A stretch of 64,000 bases of DNA. Origin: Candidatus Multivorans sp. Its GTDB lineage: Bacteria; Acidobacteriota; Thermoanaerobaculia; Multivoradales; Multivoraceae. Every line of letters begins with the position of its first letter. Position 1 is the first letter of the stretch. The stretch is taken from positions 3,904,001 to 3,968,000 of the forward strand of contig OZ251997.1 of NCBI GenBank assembly GCA_965247095.1, read 5' to 3'. The position numbers and the translations under genes are program-made. Positions 32,815 to 43,215 of the stretch are shown here, one piece after another. The notes below the pieces were generated by a model. The model did no database searches and was not told the DNA's origin. It saw nothing but the letters and a program-made list of their open reading frames with translations.

Positions 32815-34037
32815 TAGTGCCGTGTCACTCGTCAAAAGTCGGATAGAGGCGCTTGAGTTTGACGCGAGCGTCGTCGGTGGTGAAGTGCCAGTTGACCTTG
32901 GCTTGGATCCGGTCTCTGGCGGCCTGCCAGGCGCCGACTTCGGCGCGTAGGGTGTCGATGGAGTCGATGCGGCGGTTGAGGCACTGGCGGATCATCACGC
33001 TGAGTTCGACCTCGGCGACGTTCAGCCAACTGCCGTGCTTGGGGGTATAGACGAACTCGAAGCGGTCCCACAGCGCCTTGGCCCGGGCCGGGTCGAAGGT
33101 CTCGTAGAGCGCGCCGGGACGGTGCGTGTTGAGGTTGTCCATCACCAGCGTGATTCGGGTGGCGTCGGGATACTGCCCGGCGATGTCTTCCAGGAAACGC
33201 GCCCAGTCGGTCTTGGTCCTGCGCTCGGTGACCTTGGTCAGACGCCGCCCGGCCAGCGGTTCGGTCGCCATGAACACGTTGCAGGCGCCGCAGCGTCGGT
33301 ACTCGTAGTCTTCGCGGACCTCCCGTCCAGGGGCCGGCGGGATGGGCGCCCGTGTCTCGGCGATCAACTGCCGCGGCGTCTCGTCCATGCACACCACCGG
33401 GAAGTTCGCGTCGTGCGGACGCCGATAGACGTCGAGCACCCGCTCCATGTTCGCCGCGAAGTCGGCGTTGCATTGCGGCGGAATCACCCAGCCGACGCGG
33501 CGCCACGGTTTGAGAGCGTTTTTTTTAGCACCCGCCGCACCGTCTCGTGCGAGACGCTGTCGATATAGCCGAGCTCCACCGCACGGTCCGCCAACAGACG
33601 CAGAGACCACTGCGAATGCCCTTCGGGCGGCTCTCCGCAACTGAGCGCGATCAGCCGCGCCTCGAACTCGCCATCCGCCTTGCGCAGGTACTTGGGACGA
33701 CGCCCCTGCCGACTCCCGAGCGCCGCCTCCAGACCGTCCTCCACAAACCGCCTCTTCACACGATCCACCTTGCGCGCACTGATCCGCAAGACCCCGGCGA
33801 TCGTCTCGCCGGTCGTCCGACGCCCGTTGAACTCGCCCTCGTCGCAGTTGAGCAGAATCAAGGCGTTGATCACCTTCTGCGACCGATGCGAACCCTTGCG
33901 CGTAGTCGTCGCCAACGCCTCGCGCTCCTGCTCCTCCAACTCCACCACATACCGCTTCATGCCAGACTCCTTGCCGTCGTCGAACGGCAAGGAACCTACT
34001 ACGATTCATGCGACCTAGGACGAGTGACACGGCACTA
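32815..34037 (-). mobile_element. IS630-family element, copy 1
   Basis: Perfect IR (c)TAGTGCCGTGTCACTCGTC...GACGAGTGACACGGCACTA(g); TA duplication within CTAG. Confidence 0.95.
32825..33960 (-). CDS. IS630 transposase (orfA/orfB joined by -1 frameshift at the A8 run, 33519-33526)
   Basis: orfA HTH (WSLRLLA..VSHETVRRVLKK); orfB DDE (CMDE, MDNLNTH, SWLNVAE). Confidence 0.92.
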
Positions 34038-34043
34038 GATTAG

Positions 34044-34964
34044 CTAGGCACGGTCGAGGAGGCGCAGCATGACGGCCTTCTGGGTGTGCATGCGGTTCTC
34101 GGCCTGGTCGAAGACGCGGCTCCGGGGGCCGTCCACGACCGAGGTGGTGACTTCCTCGCCCCGGTGGCAGGGGAGGCAGTGGAGGTAGATCGCGTCGCCC
34201 TTGGCCCGGGCCATCAGCTCGTTGTCGACGGTGTAGCCCGCGAAGTCGGCGAGGCGCTGCTTCTGCTCCTGCTCCTGGCCCATCGAGGTCCAGACGTCGC
34301 TGTAGACGGCGTCCGCGCCGGCGGCGGCCGCCTGCGGGTCGGCGCCGGTTTCGATCCCGGCGCCGGTATCGGCGGCGAGTTCGCGTGCGAGGTCGAGGTA
34401 CTTGTCCGCGACTTCGTAACCCGGAGGCGAGGCGATGGAGAAGTCGAGACCTGCGCGGGCGCAGGCGATCATCAGGGAGTGCGCGACGTTGTTGCCGTCG
34501 CCGATGTAGGCGATCCGGCGGCCACGCAGGTCGCCGAACTCCTGGCGGACGGTCATCAGGTCGGCGAGCGCCTGGCATGGGTGCAGTTCGTCGGTCAGCC
34601 CGTTGATCACGGGCACGGTGGCGTGCCGGGCGGTCTCGACCACGGTGCTGTGCTCGAAGGTGCGGAGCATCAGGAGGTCCACGTATCGCGACAGGACGCG
34701 GGCGGTGTCGGCGATCGTCTCCCCGCGGCCGACCTGCAGGTCGCGGTTGGAGAGGAAGATCGCCTGGCCTCCGAGTTGCGCCATCCCCGCCTCGAAGCTG
34801 ACGCGGGTTCGAGTGGACGCCTTTTCGAAGTAGAGACCGATCGACTTGCCCCTGAGCGTGTCGCGATGTGACTGGGGCCTGGATTCGAGTTGCAATGCCA
34901 GCTCGAGAATCGACTCGAGTTGACCGTGTTCGAGGTCGGCGATCGAGATCAGGTGTTCAGGCAT
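34044..34964 (-). CDS. argF: Ornithine carbamoyltransferase
   Basis: STRTRVSF, HPCQ, GDGNN, WTSMG, HCLP. Confidence 0.95.
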   Translation of the reverse strand: MPEHLISIADLEHGQLESILELALQLESRPQSHRDTLRGKSIGLYFEKASTRTRVSFEAGMAQLGGQAIFLSNRDLQVGRGETIADTARVLSRYVDLLMLRTFEHSTVVETARHATVPVINGLTDELHPCQALADLMTVRQEFGDLRGRRIAYIGDGNNVAHSLMIACARAGLDFSIASPPGYEVADKYLDLARELAADTGAGIETGADPQAAAAGADAVYSDVWTSMGQEQEQKQRLADFAGYTVDNELMARAKGDAIYLHCLPCHRGEEVTTSVVDGPRSRVFDQAENRMHTQKAVMLRLLDRA

Positions 34965-35119
34965 ACGAGGCCTCCTTCCCTAAGGCCGGGAAAGCGGGCG
35001 AGTATGGCAGATATGGGCCATCGATCAGGACGTTTCGCGCCCGGGGCGGGTCGAGTCGCTCCGTATCTGGCGGGCTACACTGCCCGTCTCTTGGTTGTCT
35101 CGGTTCCAGGTGCGGACAG

Positions 35120-35695
35120 GTGAGCGGAGGGAAAGCCACGGGGCGGCCGTGGGTGCTGGTCACCGGCAACCCGAACAAGCGGCGCGAGGCGGAGCGGGTC
35201 GTCGGCCACGGGTTGGAGACGGCGGCGATCGACCTGCCGGAGATCCAGTCGGGCGACCTGATCGAGGTGCTGCGGTTCAAGGCCGAGGCCGCCTGGCAGC
35301 GGCTTGAGCGGCCGGTCGTTGTCGAGGAGACCGGTCTGGAACTCGCCTGCATGAACGGCTTTCCTGGTCCTTTGGTCAAGTGGATGCTGGAGGCGGTCGG
35401 CGACGAAGGCATTGCGCAGGTCGCGATTCGCGCCGGCGACCCGGGCGTCGTGGCCCGGTGCGCCCTCATGCTCCTGGACGGTGAGCGGGAGGTGATCGCC
35501 GAGGGCTCGACCGCCGGCAGGCTGGTGCTGCCGCCGCGAGGCGTGGGTGGCTTCGGCTGGGATCCGGTGTTCGAGCCCGACGGACTCGAGCGGACCTACG
35601 CCGAACTCGGCGACGAGGTCAAGGACCGGATCGGCCACCGCGGCCGCGCCTGGCGCGAGTTCCTGCGGGCGCTCGGTACCGATCCGCGGCTCTAA
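35120..35695 (+). CDS. rdgB: Non-canonical purine NTP pyrophosphatase (HAM1/RdgB)
   Basis: VTGNPNK, LPEIQ, GFPGP, GFGWDPVF, HRGRA; GTG start inferred. Confidence 0.88.
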   Translation: MSGGKATGRPWVLVTGNPNKRREAERVVGHGLETAAIDLPEIQSGDLIEVLRFKAEAAWQRLERPVVVEETGLELACMNGFPGPLVKWMLEAVGDEGIAQVAIRAGDPGVVARCALMLLDGEREVIAEGSTAGRLVLPPRGVGGFGWDPVFEPDGLERTYAELGDEVKDRIGHRGRAWREFLRALGTDPRL

Positions 35696-36297
35696 GGGAG
35701 CTGGGCCTGCCGCCTCAAGGCTGAAAGGACAGTCTCGACCTGGGCCCGCAACTGGTCCAGGCCGCCGTCGTTCTCGATCACATGGTCGGCCGCGGCGCGG
35801 CGGTCCTCGGTGCGGGCCTGGGCTTCCATGCGCGCTTGTGCCTGGTCTCGGTCGAGGCCCCGCTCGACCGCGCGGTCGAGGCGGACTTCGCTTGGCGCTT
35901 CGACGGTGATCACGGCGTCGTATCGTCCACGACCGCCGGTCTCGGCCAGTAGCGGGACCTCGAAGACGACGACCGAGCCGTCGCCGGCGGATTCGAGGAT
36001 CTGCAGGTAGCGGCGTCCGACCAACGGATGGATGGCCTGCTCCAGGCGCTTGCGGCTCGCCGCGTCGGCGAACACTGAACGTCCCAGTGCCTCCTTGTCG
36101 ACCGAGCCGTCCGCCTTCAGCATCTCGGCGCCGAAGAGGTCGGCGACGGCCTGTGCGCCCGGCTCGCCCGGCCGGTACAGGTCGGCGACGAGGGCGTCGG
36201 CGTCCGTGACGACGCAGCCCAGATCGGCGAGCATGGCGCCCACCGTCGACTTGCCGCTGGCGATTCCGCCTGTCAGTCCGACGCGTAGAGCAGTCAT
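35692..36297 (-). CDS. coaE: Dephospho-CoA kinase
   Basis: VGLTGGIASGKST, DAD, IHPLV, EVPLL. Confidence 0.94.
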   Translation of the reverse strand: MTALRVGLTGGIASGKSTVGAMLADLGCVVTDADALVADLYRPGEPGAQAVADLFGAEMLKADGSVDKEALGRSVFADAASRKRLEQAIHPLVGRRYLQILESAGDGSVVVFEVPLLAETGGRGRYDAVITVEAPSEVRLDRAVERGLDRDQAQARMEAQARTEDRRAAADHVIENDGGLDQLRAQVETVLSALRRQAQLP

Positions 36298-36348
36298 TGT
36301 GGGGGTGAGAATATGCCGCCGCCACCGTCGATGGGACCGTCGCTCGTC

Positions 36349-36377
36349 TTGACAAGCCCTGGTTGGGACTCTACGAT
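36349..36377 (+). promoter_or_regulatory. Sigma70 promoter of the rplM operon
   Basis: TTGACA-17 nt-TACGAT. Confidence 0.75.
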
Positions 36378-36495
36378 CCCCGTTCCTCTGCGCGAGGAGG
36401 ATCGGTAGGAGTATGCCTGCTCCTTCGGAAGTCTGCGCGCAGCGGAGTGCCGGCACTCCGGTGGGTAAAGGCCGGCCGGCCAGGGTAGGAACACG

Positions 36496-36969
36496 ATGAC
36501 TGCAATAGCCAGAGCAAGGACGGCCAACCCGACCTACAGCCCCAAGGTGGGGGAGATCGAGCGTCGTTGGTACGTGGTGGACGCCGAGGGCGCGACTCTT
36601 GGACGTCTGGCCACGCGAGTGGCGCGCATGCTGACGGGCAAGGACAAGCCCACCTACGCTCGCCACATCGATGTCGGCGACTTCGTGGTGGTGGTCAACG
36701 CCGAAAAGGCGGTTCTCACCGGCGGCAAGGACGACAAGAAGATCTACTACCGCCACAGCGGACAGCCGGGCAAGCTCAAGTCGGAGACCGCGGGCCGTCT
36801 GCGTGGCCGCCGGCCGATCAGGCTCGTCGAGTTGGCGGTGCGGGGCATGCTGCCCAAGAACCGCCTGGGCCGCCGCCAACTGCGGAAGCTCAAGGTCTAT
36901 GCCGGCGCGGAACATCCGCACGTGGCGCAGCAGCCGGAACCGATGGGAATCGAAGGGAGTCCGAGTTGA
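36496..36969 (+). CDS. rplM: 50S ribosomal protein L13
   Basis: [20 protein letters not shown]. Confidence 0.97.
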   Translation: MTAIARARTANPTYSPKVGEIERRWYVVDAEGATLGRLATRVARMLTGKDKPTYARHIDVGDFVVVVNAEKAVLTGGKDDKKIYYRHSGQPGKLKSETAGRLRGRRPIRLVELAVRGMLPKNRLGRRQLRKLKVYAGAEHPHVAQQPEPMGIEGSPS

Positions 36970-37355
36970 CGGAAGCGACCTACGGGACCGGCCGCCGCAA
37001 GACGGCCACGGCGCGTGTGTTCCTGCGCGCCGGTAGCGGCAAGATGACGGTCAACGGCATGGGGATGGACGACTACTTCAACAGCGAAGTGCTGAAGATG
37101 ATCGTCCACCAGCCTCTGCAGGTGGTCGAGAAGGAAGGCGAGGTCGACATGTGGGCCACCGTCTGCGGAGGCGGCAGTTCCGGCCAGGCCGGCGCCATAC
37201 GGCACGGCCTCTCGCGTGCGCTGGTGAACTTTGAGCCAACCTTCCGCGAACCGCTCAAGGCGGCCGGGTTCATGACCCGGGATCCGCGACGCAAGGAACG
37301 CAAAAAGTACGGCCAGAAGGGTGCACGTGCGCGCTTCCAATTCAGTAAAAGGTAG
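36966..37355 (+). CDS. rpsI: 30S ribosomal protein S9
   Basis: GTGRRKTA...ERKKYG...FQFSKR; TTG start. Confidence 0.97.
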   Translation: MTEATYGTGRRKTATARVFLRAGSGKMTVNGMGMDDYFNSEVLKMIVHQPLQVVEKEGEVDMWATVCGGGSSGQAGAIRHGLSRALVNFEPTFREPLKAAGFMTRDPRRKERKKYGQKGARARFQFSKR

Positions 37356-37368
37356 TGGGGACAGGTTC

Positions 37369-38238
37369 TTGGCTCACGTCACGATGAAGGAGATGCTGGA
37401 GGCGGGTGTCCACTTCGGCCATCAGACCAGACGCTGGAATCCGAAGATGCGCGGTTTCATCTTCGGACGCCGTAACGGCATCTACATCATTGATCTTCAG
37501 CAGACCCTGCTGCGCTTCCGCGGGGCGGCGGACTATGTCGAGCACATGGCTCGCATGGGCCGCCGGCTGCTGTTCGTCGGCACCAAGCGTCAGGCGCAGC
37601 AGGCGATCGAGGAAGAGGCGCGGCGCTGCGGTCAGTTCTACGTCAGCCATCGCTGGCTTGGCGGTACGCTGACCAACTTCGTCACCATCCGCGCCTCGGT
37701 CGAGCGCCTTCAGGATACGGAGAAGAAGCTCGCCGACGAGGAAAGCTTGCTGACCAAGAAGGAACGTCTCCGACTGGACCGTGACCGGGAAAAGATGGTC
37801 CGCAACCTCGATGGGATCCGGAACATGGAACGGTTGCCGGACGCGCTCTTCGTCGTCGATCCGCGGCGCGAGCACATTGCGATCGCCGAGGCGAACAAGT
37901 TGAACATCCCGGTCGTGGCCATCGTCGACACGAACTGCGACCCGGAGCTTGTGGATCACGTGATTCCTGGCAACGACGACGCCATCCGGACGATCCGGTT
38001 GTTTGCCGGCCGCATTGCCGACTCGTACATCGAGGGTGCTGCCGCCTGGAGCAAGGGCGACGAGGCGGAAGGCGCGGCGGAAGCTGAACCCGAGGCAGCC
38101 GTCGAGGCTGACGGCGAAGCCCCGGCGCCGGCTGAAGCCCCGGACTCCGCTGAAGCCCCGGACCCGGAAGGGCAGGCCGAGTCCTCCGAGCCGGCAGCCG
38201 ATGTAGCGGAACCTGCCGCGGCCAGCGGCAGCGGGTAA
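37369..38238 (+). CDS. rpsB: 30S ribosomal protein S2
   Basis: [22 protein letters not shown]; acidic tail; TTG start. Confidence 0.97.
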   Translation: MAHVTMKEMLEAGVHFGHQTRRWNPKMRGFIFGRRNGIYIIDLQQTLLRFRGAADYVEHMARMGRRLLFVGTKRQAQQAIEEEARRCGQFYVSHRWLGGTLTNFVTIRASVERLQDTEKKLADEESLLTKKERLRLDRDREKMVRNLDGIRNMERLPDALFVVDPRREHIAIAEANKLNIPVVAIVDTNCDPELVDHVIPGNDDAIRTIRLFAGRIADSYIEGAAAWSKGDEAEGAAEAEPEAAVEADGEAPAPAEAPDSAEAPDPEGQAESSEPAADVAEPAAASGSG

Positions 38239-38346
38239 GCGAGCCGGCAGTTTCGTGGTGAGGCGCCGACGGTTCTTCGTCCGGCGAGCGAGATTCAGTG
38301 AAGTTCCAGTCAGGGGCGGGTCAAGTCCCGTAGGGAGAAGGAAGCG

Positions 38347-38991
38347 ATGAGCAAAGCAGTGACAGCCGCAATGGTCAAGGAGCTCCGCGAGCGGACTGGC
38401 GCGGGCATGATGGACTGCAAGAAGGCCCTGGTCGAGACCGGCGGTGACGTGGAAGCGGCGATCGACACGCTGCGCAAGAAGGGGTTGGCCTCCGCCGCCA
38501 AGAAGGCCGGTCGCGCCACCATCGACGGTCTCGTGGTCTCCTACATCCACGCCGGCGGCAGAATCGGCGTGTTGCTCGAGATCAACTGCGAGACGGACTT
38601 TGTCGCTCGCACGGACGACTTTAGGCAGTTGGCGCACGATCTCTCGCTTCACGTGGCCGCCAGCCAGCCCCGTTTCATCGGTCGCGACGAGGTCGCCGCG
38701 GACGTCCTCGAACGGGAGAAGAGGATTCACCGCGAGCAGGCGCTCGAGTCGGGCAAGCCTGACCACATCGTCGAGCGCATCGTCGAGGGCCGGATGTCGA
38801 AGTTCTTCGCCGAGAACTGCCTCCTGGAGCAGCCGTTCGTCAAGGACGCCGACCAGAACGTCGAGGACGTGCTCAAGGCGGCGATCGCTAAGCTGGGCGA
38901 GAACATGCGCATCTGCCGTTTCGCCAGGTTCCAGCTCGGCGGTGATTCGACCGTCGCCGCGGCGGCCTCACCGGCTTCCGATCCCTCCTGA
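38347..38991 (+). CDS. tsf: Elongation factor Ts (short form)
   Basis: [27 protein letters not shown]. Confidence 0.97.
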   Translation: MSKAVTAAMVKELRERTGAGMMDCKKALVETGGDVEAAIDTLRKKGLASAAKKAGRATIDGLVVSYIHAGGRIGVLLEINCETDFVARTDDFRQLAHDLSLHVAASQPRFIGRDEVAADVLEREKRIHREQALESGKPDHIVERIVEGRMSKFFAENCLLEQPFVKDADQNVEDVLKAAIAKLGENMRICRFARFQLGGDSTVAAAASPASDPS

Positions 38992-38998
38992 TGGCCGG

Positions 38999-39727
38999 AT
39001 GACTGCAGCCGCCGCCGGCGAGCCGGCCTACCGCCGCATCCTGCTCAAGCTGTCGGGCGAAGCCCTGATGGGCGACAAGCCGTTCGGCATCGACGAGGCC
39101 GTTGTCGGCGGGATCGCCACTCAGATTCGGGATGTCTTCGAACTCGGCGTGGAGATCGGCATCGTGGTCGGGGGCGGCAACGTGATCCGCGGCTTGGCTG
39201 CGAGTCACCGCGGCGTCGAGCGGGCCACGGGTGACTACATGGGCATGCTGGCGACCGTGATCAACAGCCTGGCAATGCAGGACGCGCTGGAAAAGACCGG
39301 CGTTCCGACCCGGGTGCAGACGGCGCTGGAGATGCGCAGCGTGGCCGAGCCGTTCATTCGCCGCCGGGCGATCCGGCACCTGGAGAAGGGCCGGGTCGTG
39401 ATCTTCGGCGCCGGTACCGGCAACCCCTACCTGACGACGGACACTGCCGCCGCACTCCGTGCGAACGAAGTCCAGGCCGAGATTCTGCTCAAGGCAACCC
39501 AGGTCGACGGCGTCTACAGTGCCGACCCGCGCCGGGACGCCGGAGCGGAGCGCCTGCCCGAAGTGACCTATCAGGAGGTCCTGGAGCGCAACCTGGGCAT
39601 CATGGACGCGGCCGCGATCAGCCTGTGCCGGGAGAACGACCTGCCGATTGCGGTGTTCGACCTCGGTGTCGAGGGCAACATCCGACGGGTGGTTCTGGGC
39701 GAGAAGGTCGGCTCCCTGGTCACGTGA
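38999..39727 (+). CDS. pyrH: Uridylate kinase
   Basis: [25 protein letters not shown]. Confidence 0.97.
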   Translation: MTAAAAGEPAYRRILLKLSGEALMGDKPFGIDEAVVGGIATQIRDVFELGVEIGIVVGGGNVIRGLAASHRGVERATGDYMGMLATVINSLAMQDALEKTGVPTRVQTALEMRSVAEPFIRRRAIRHLEKGRVVIFGAGTGNPYLTTDTAAALRANEVQAEILLKATQVDGVYSADPRRDAGAERLPEVTYQEVLERNLGIMDAAAISLCRENDLPIAVFDLGVEGNIRRVVLGEKVGSLVT

Positions 39728-39798
39728 ACCGCCATGCGTCGAGCCGGAACCCGGCGCGGCGCTAGAGTTGCGGTCCGTACACGGAGGCAGGGGGTCAT

Positions 39799-40353
39799 AT
39801 GCAAGAGCTGTTCTTGGAGATGGAGCTCAAGATGAAGGATGGCGTCGACCACCTTCACCAGGAGCTGAAGACACTACGGACCGGTCGGGCCTCGACGGCG
39901 CTGCTCGATGGGGTGACGGTCGAGTACTACGGCACGCCGACGCCACTCAATCAGCTCGCGAGCCTGTCCGTCGCCGACGCCACGCTGTTGGTGGCCCAGC
40001 CGTTCGATCCGACCCAGATCGCCGCGATCGAGCGCGCGATCCTGGTTGCCGATCTGGGGCTGAATCCCTCCAACGACGGCAGGATCGTCCGTATCCCGGT
40101 GCCTCCCCTCACCGAGGAGCGTCGCAAGGAGATGGTGAAGCGCGCCCACGAGATGGCCGAGCGCTTCCGCAATACAGTGCGCGGCGTCCGGCGCGAAGGC
40201 AACGATTCCCTGAAGCAGATGGAGAAGGCCAAGGAGATTTCGCAGGACGACGAACGCCGGGGGTTCGACGAGATGCAGAAGCTCCATGACCACTACATCG
40301 GCCTGGTGAACCAGGCGTTGGCGAACAAGGAGAAGGACATCCTCGAGGTCTAG
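39799..40353 (+). CDS. frr: Ribosome recycling factor
   Basis: LRTGRA, LGLNP.NDG, PPLTEERRKE. Confidence 0.97.
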   Translation: MQELFLEMELKMKDGVDHLHQELKTLRTGRASTALLDGVTVEYYGTPTPLNQLASLSVADATLLVAQPFDPTQIAAIERAILVADLGLNPSNDGRIVRIPVPPLTEERRKEMVKRAHEMAERFRNTVRGVRREGNDSLKQMEKAKEISQDDERRGFDEMQKLHDHYIGLVNQALANKEKDILEV

Positions 40354-40393
40354 TGCTAGCCGGGCTGCTCGCAGCCCGCCCTCGAGCCCTGCT

Positions 40394-41587
40394 TTGACCG
40401 TCCACGCAATTGTCCCCGCCGCCGGAAGGGGCAGGCGGTTCGGCGGCGATCGGCCGAAGCAGTTTTCCCTGCTCCTGGACCGCCCGGTCCTGGCCTGGAC
40501 CGTCGAACGGCTTGTCGCCGTCCCCGTCATCGACCGGGTGGTCGTCGCGGCGCCGGCGGGGAGCGCCCACGAGACGCTGGAGATGCTGGCAGAGGAAGTT
40601 GCACCGCGGCCCGGAGTTGCGCTCGCCACGGTGGAGGGTGGCCGGCGCCGCCAGGATTCGGTAGCGGCCGCGCTCGCGGCGACCGCCGCGGATGCCTCCG
40701 ACTGGGTTGCGGTTCACGACGGCGCCCGCCCCTGTCTGAGCGCGGCGGACCTCGAAGCCGTCGTTCGGGCGGCGGCCGGGGGTGGCAGGGCCGGCGCGGT
40801 CCTCGGGCGTCCGGTGAGCGACACCCTGAAGACGGTCGAGTCGGGCCGGCTCGGCGCGACGGTCGATCGGGCGGGTCTTTTTCGGGCCGAGACGCCCCAG
40901 GTCTTTCGGGCCGGGAAGCTGGCGGCTGCGCTCGAGCGGGCGACGGCGCTGGACATCGAAGTGAGCGACGAGAGCAGCCTGTTCGAGCCGGGTTCGATCG
41001 TTGCTGTTGAGGCGTCCCACCCGAATCCGAAACTCACCGATCTCTCGGATCGCGCCGCGATCGAGGCGCTGCTGCGACCGCGGCAAGGAGCGCGGCCGGT
41101 CGTCGAGACCGCGGTCGGCCACGGCTACGACGTGCACCGGCTAGTCGCTGGGCGGCCCCTGATCCTTGGCAGCCAGAGGATTCCGCACGAGGCCGGTCTG
41201 GACGGTCACAGCGATGCCGACGTGGTGCTCCATGCGATCGGCGACGCCCTGCTCGGCGCCGCCGGGCTCGGTGACCTTGGAGTCCACTTTCCCCCGTCGG
41301 ACGACGCTTGGCGCGGTGCCGACAGCTCGGACCTGCTCCGGCGGATCGTCGACCTGGTCCGCGAGCAGGGGTTCGAGGTCCGGAACTGCGACGTGACGCT
41401 GATCGCCGAGCGGCCAAGGATGGCGCCCTACCGCGCGGCGATCGAGGATCGTGTTGCGCGCCTGCTCGGGCTCGACCCCAGGCGAATGAACTTGAAGGCC
41501 ACGACCCATGAAGGGCTGGGGCCCCTCGGTCGAGGTGAGGGCATGGCGGCCGAGGCCGTCGTGCTGATCGAGCGGCGGCGCGTGTGA
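40394..41587 (+). CDS. ispDF: Bifunctional IspD/IspF
   Basis: PAAG.G.RFG..PKQF, HDGARP; GHGYDVH, GHSDADV, KATT.EGLG. Confidence 0.93.
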   Translation: MTVHAIVPAAGRGRRFGGDRPKQFSLLLDRPVLAWTVERLVAVPVIDRVVVAAPAGSAHETLEMLAEEVAPRPGVALATVEGGRRRQDSVAAALAATAADASDWVAVHDGARPCLSAADLEAVVRAAAGGGRAGAVLGRPVSDTLKTVESGRLGATVDRAGLFRAETPQVFRAGKLAAALERATALDIEVSDESSLFEPGSIVAVEASHPNPKLTDLSDRAAIEALLRPRQGARPVVETAVGHGYDVHRLVAGRPLILGSQRIPHEAGLDGHSDADVVLHAIGDALLGAAGLGDLGVHFPPSDDAWRGADSSDLLRRIVDLVREQGFEVRNCDVTLIAERPRMAPYRAAIEDRVARLLGLDPRRMNLKATTHEGLGPLGRGEGMAAEAVVLIERRRV

Positions 41588-42375
41588 GCAGACGAGGCGA
41601 TCGCCGGGGTACTCCGGCGCCCGCCGCCACCGCCGGCTGGCGACTCGGCTTTCAGCCGGTCCGCGAGATCCTCCGCAGCCAACCGCACGAAGTCGCCGAA
41701 ATCGTCATGTCCAGGGCGGCGGGGGAGCGCCGCCGGACGATCGAGAGCCTGTGCACAAGACACCGCGTGCCGGTTCGGAGCGTGACCGCCGCCGAACTGC
41801 GGGTGCGGCTCGAAGCGGCGGGACTCGACCACGCGCCGGCGCGCGGCTTCGCGGCGGTCCTGTTGCCCCGGAGTCACGACGGATCGACGGTTGCTGCCGC
41901 CGACCCGCAGCTCCTGGTGCTGGTCGAGGACGTGCAGGATCCACGGAACCTGGGCGCCCTGCTGCGCGTGTGCGAGGGGGCCGGGGTTGGCCGCGTTCTG
42001 ATCCGTGACCGCGGCGCGGCGCCGCTCTCTGCCGCGGTCGCCGGAACCGCCGCGGGTGCGGTCGATTGGCTCGACGTCGAGCGGATTGTGAACAGCGGCC
42101 AGGAGATCGAGCGCCTCAAGCGCGACGGTTACTGGGTCTACGGCGCCGACGCCACAGGCGTAGCGCCGTGGACGGTCGACCTGAGCGGCCCGATCGTGCT
42201 TTGCATCGGCGGCGAGGCGCGCGGCCTGCGTCGCCGGACAAGGAGCCTCTGCGACGGCCTTCTCGGCTTGCCGATGCGCGGCCGCGTCGAGTCCCTCAAC
42301 CTGTCCACGGCGGCCGCAGCGCTGCTCTACGAGGCGGTGCGCCAGCGTCTTGTCACGCCGGAGGGCCTGGCGTAG
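41584..42375 (+). CDS. rlmB: 23S rRNA Gm2251 methyltransferase (TrmH family)
   Basis: VQDPRNLGA, GGEARGL, VESLNLS. Confidence 0.88.
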   Translation: MSRRGDRRGTPAPAATAGWRLGFQPVREILRSQPHEVAEIVMSRAAGERRRTIESLCTRHRVPVRSVTAAELRVRLEAAGLDHAPARGFAAVLLPRSHDGSTVAAADPQLLVLVEDVQDPRNLGALLRVCEGAGVGRVLIRDRGAAPLSAAVAGTAAGAVDWLDVERIVNSGQEIERLKRDGYWVYGADATGVAPWTVDLSGPIVLCIGGEARGLRRRTRSLCDGLLGLPMRGRVESLNLSTAAAALLYEAVRQRLVTPEGLA

Positions 42376-42427
42376 ACTCCGGCGTCGCCGTGGCGCCGCC
42401 ATGGTGCCTAAGTGCTTCGTCGCGAGG

Positions 42428-42503
42428 GCCGGCATAGCTCAGTTGGTAGAGCAACTGCCTTGTAAGCAGTAGGTCCTCGGTTCGAATCCGGGTGCCGGCT
42501 CCA
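42428..42503 (+). tRNA. tRNA-Thr (TGT)
   Basis: GCCGGCA acceptor stem; ctTGTaa loop; CCA. Confidence 0.95.
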
Positions 42504-42517
42504 CGGAGGAAGTTGCC

Positions 42518-42604
42518 GGAGGTGTGGCCGAGCGGTCAAAGGCAACAGACTGTAAATCTGTCGGGCAAAGCCCTACGATGGTTCGAATCCATCCGCCTCC
42601 ACCA
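42518..42604 (+). tRNA. tRNA-Tyr (GTA)
   Basis: GGAGGTG acceptor stem; ACAGA-ctGTAaa-TCTGT; long variable arm; CCA. Confidence 0.95.
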
Positions 42605-42624
42605 CTTCTTCCCTTTGCGGGCGT

Positions 42625-42699
42625 GCGGGAGTAACTCAGGGGTAGAGTCACAGCCTTCCAAGCTGTTGGTCGCGGGTTCGAATCCCGTCTCCCGCTCCA
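42625..42699 (+). tRNA. tRNA-Gly (TCC)
   Basis: GCGGGAG/CTCCCGC acceptor stem; CAGC-ctTCCaa-GCTG; CCA. Confidence 0.95.
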
Positions 42700-42700
42700 C

Positions 42701-43160
42701 GCCGCGCGGAGCGCCGGCGTGGAGCGTGAGACGGGATTCGGCGTACATCGCTCGCGCAGCGAGCGATGCGGGCCAGCAAATCCCGTCTGGCTCCATGCCG
42801 CGCGGAGCGCCGGCGTGCAGCGTGAGACGGGATTCGGCGTACATCGCTTGCTGCGCAAGCGATGCGGGCTAGCGAATCCCTTGTGTGTGCTCGGGCCGCG
42901 GGGAGCGCCGGCGTGGAACGTGAGACGGGATTCGGCGTGCATCGCTTGCTGCGCAAGCGATGCGGGCTAGCGAATCCCTTGTGTGTGCTCGGGCCGCGGG
43001 GAGCGCCGGCGTGGAACGTGAGACGGGATTCGGCGTGCATCGCTTGCTGCGCAAGCGATGCGGGCTAGCGAATCCCGTTCCAGGGCGCACGGAGCGCCGG
43101 CGTGGAGCGTGAGACGGGATTCGGCGTGCATCGCTTGCTGCGCAAGCGATGCGGGCTAGC
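42701..43160. repeat. Five-unit tandem array of tRNA-Gly-antisense hairpin repeats
   Basis: Cores start at 42708, 42804, 42902, 43000 and 43091; consensus GGAGCGCCGGCGTGGARCGTGAGACGGGATTCGGCGTRCATCGCTTGCTGCGCAAGCGATGCGGGCTAGCGAATCCC. Confidence 0.95.
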
Positions 43161-43215
43161 CCGCATCAAGCGCGATGCCGCGAAGCGGCGAGCACGTACC
43201 TCGCCGTCAACCCGC

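Noticed and set aside
38050-38238. Repetitive Ala/Glu/Pro tail of RpsB
   Set aside because: Low-complexity acidic tails are common on S2
42701-43160. CRISPR array
   Set aside because: Repeat ~77 bp, linkers only ~14-21 bp with two identical, tRNA-derived sequence, and no cas genes in the window
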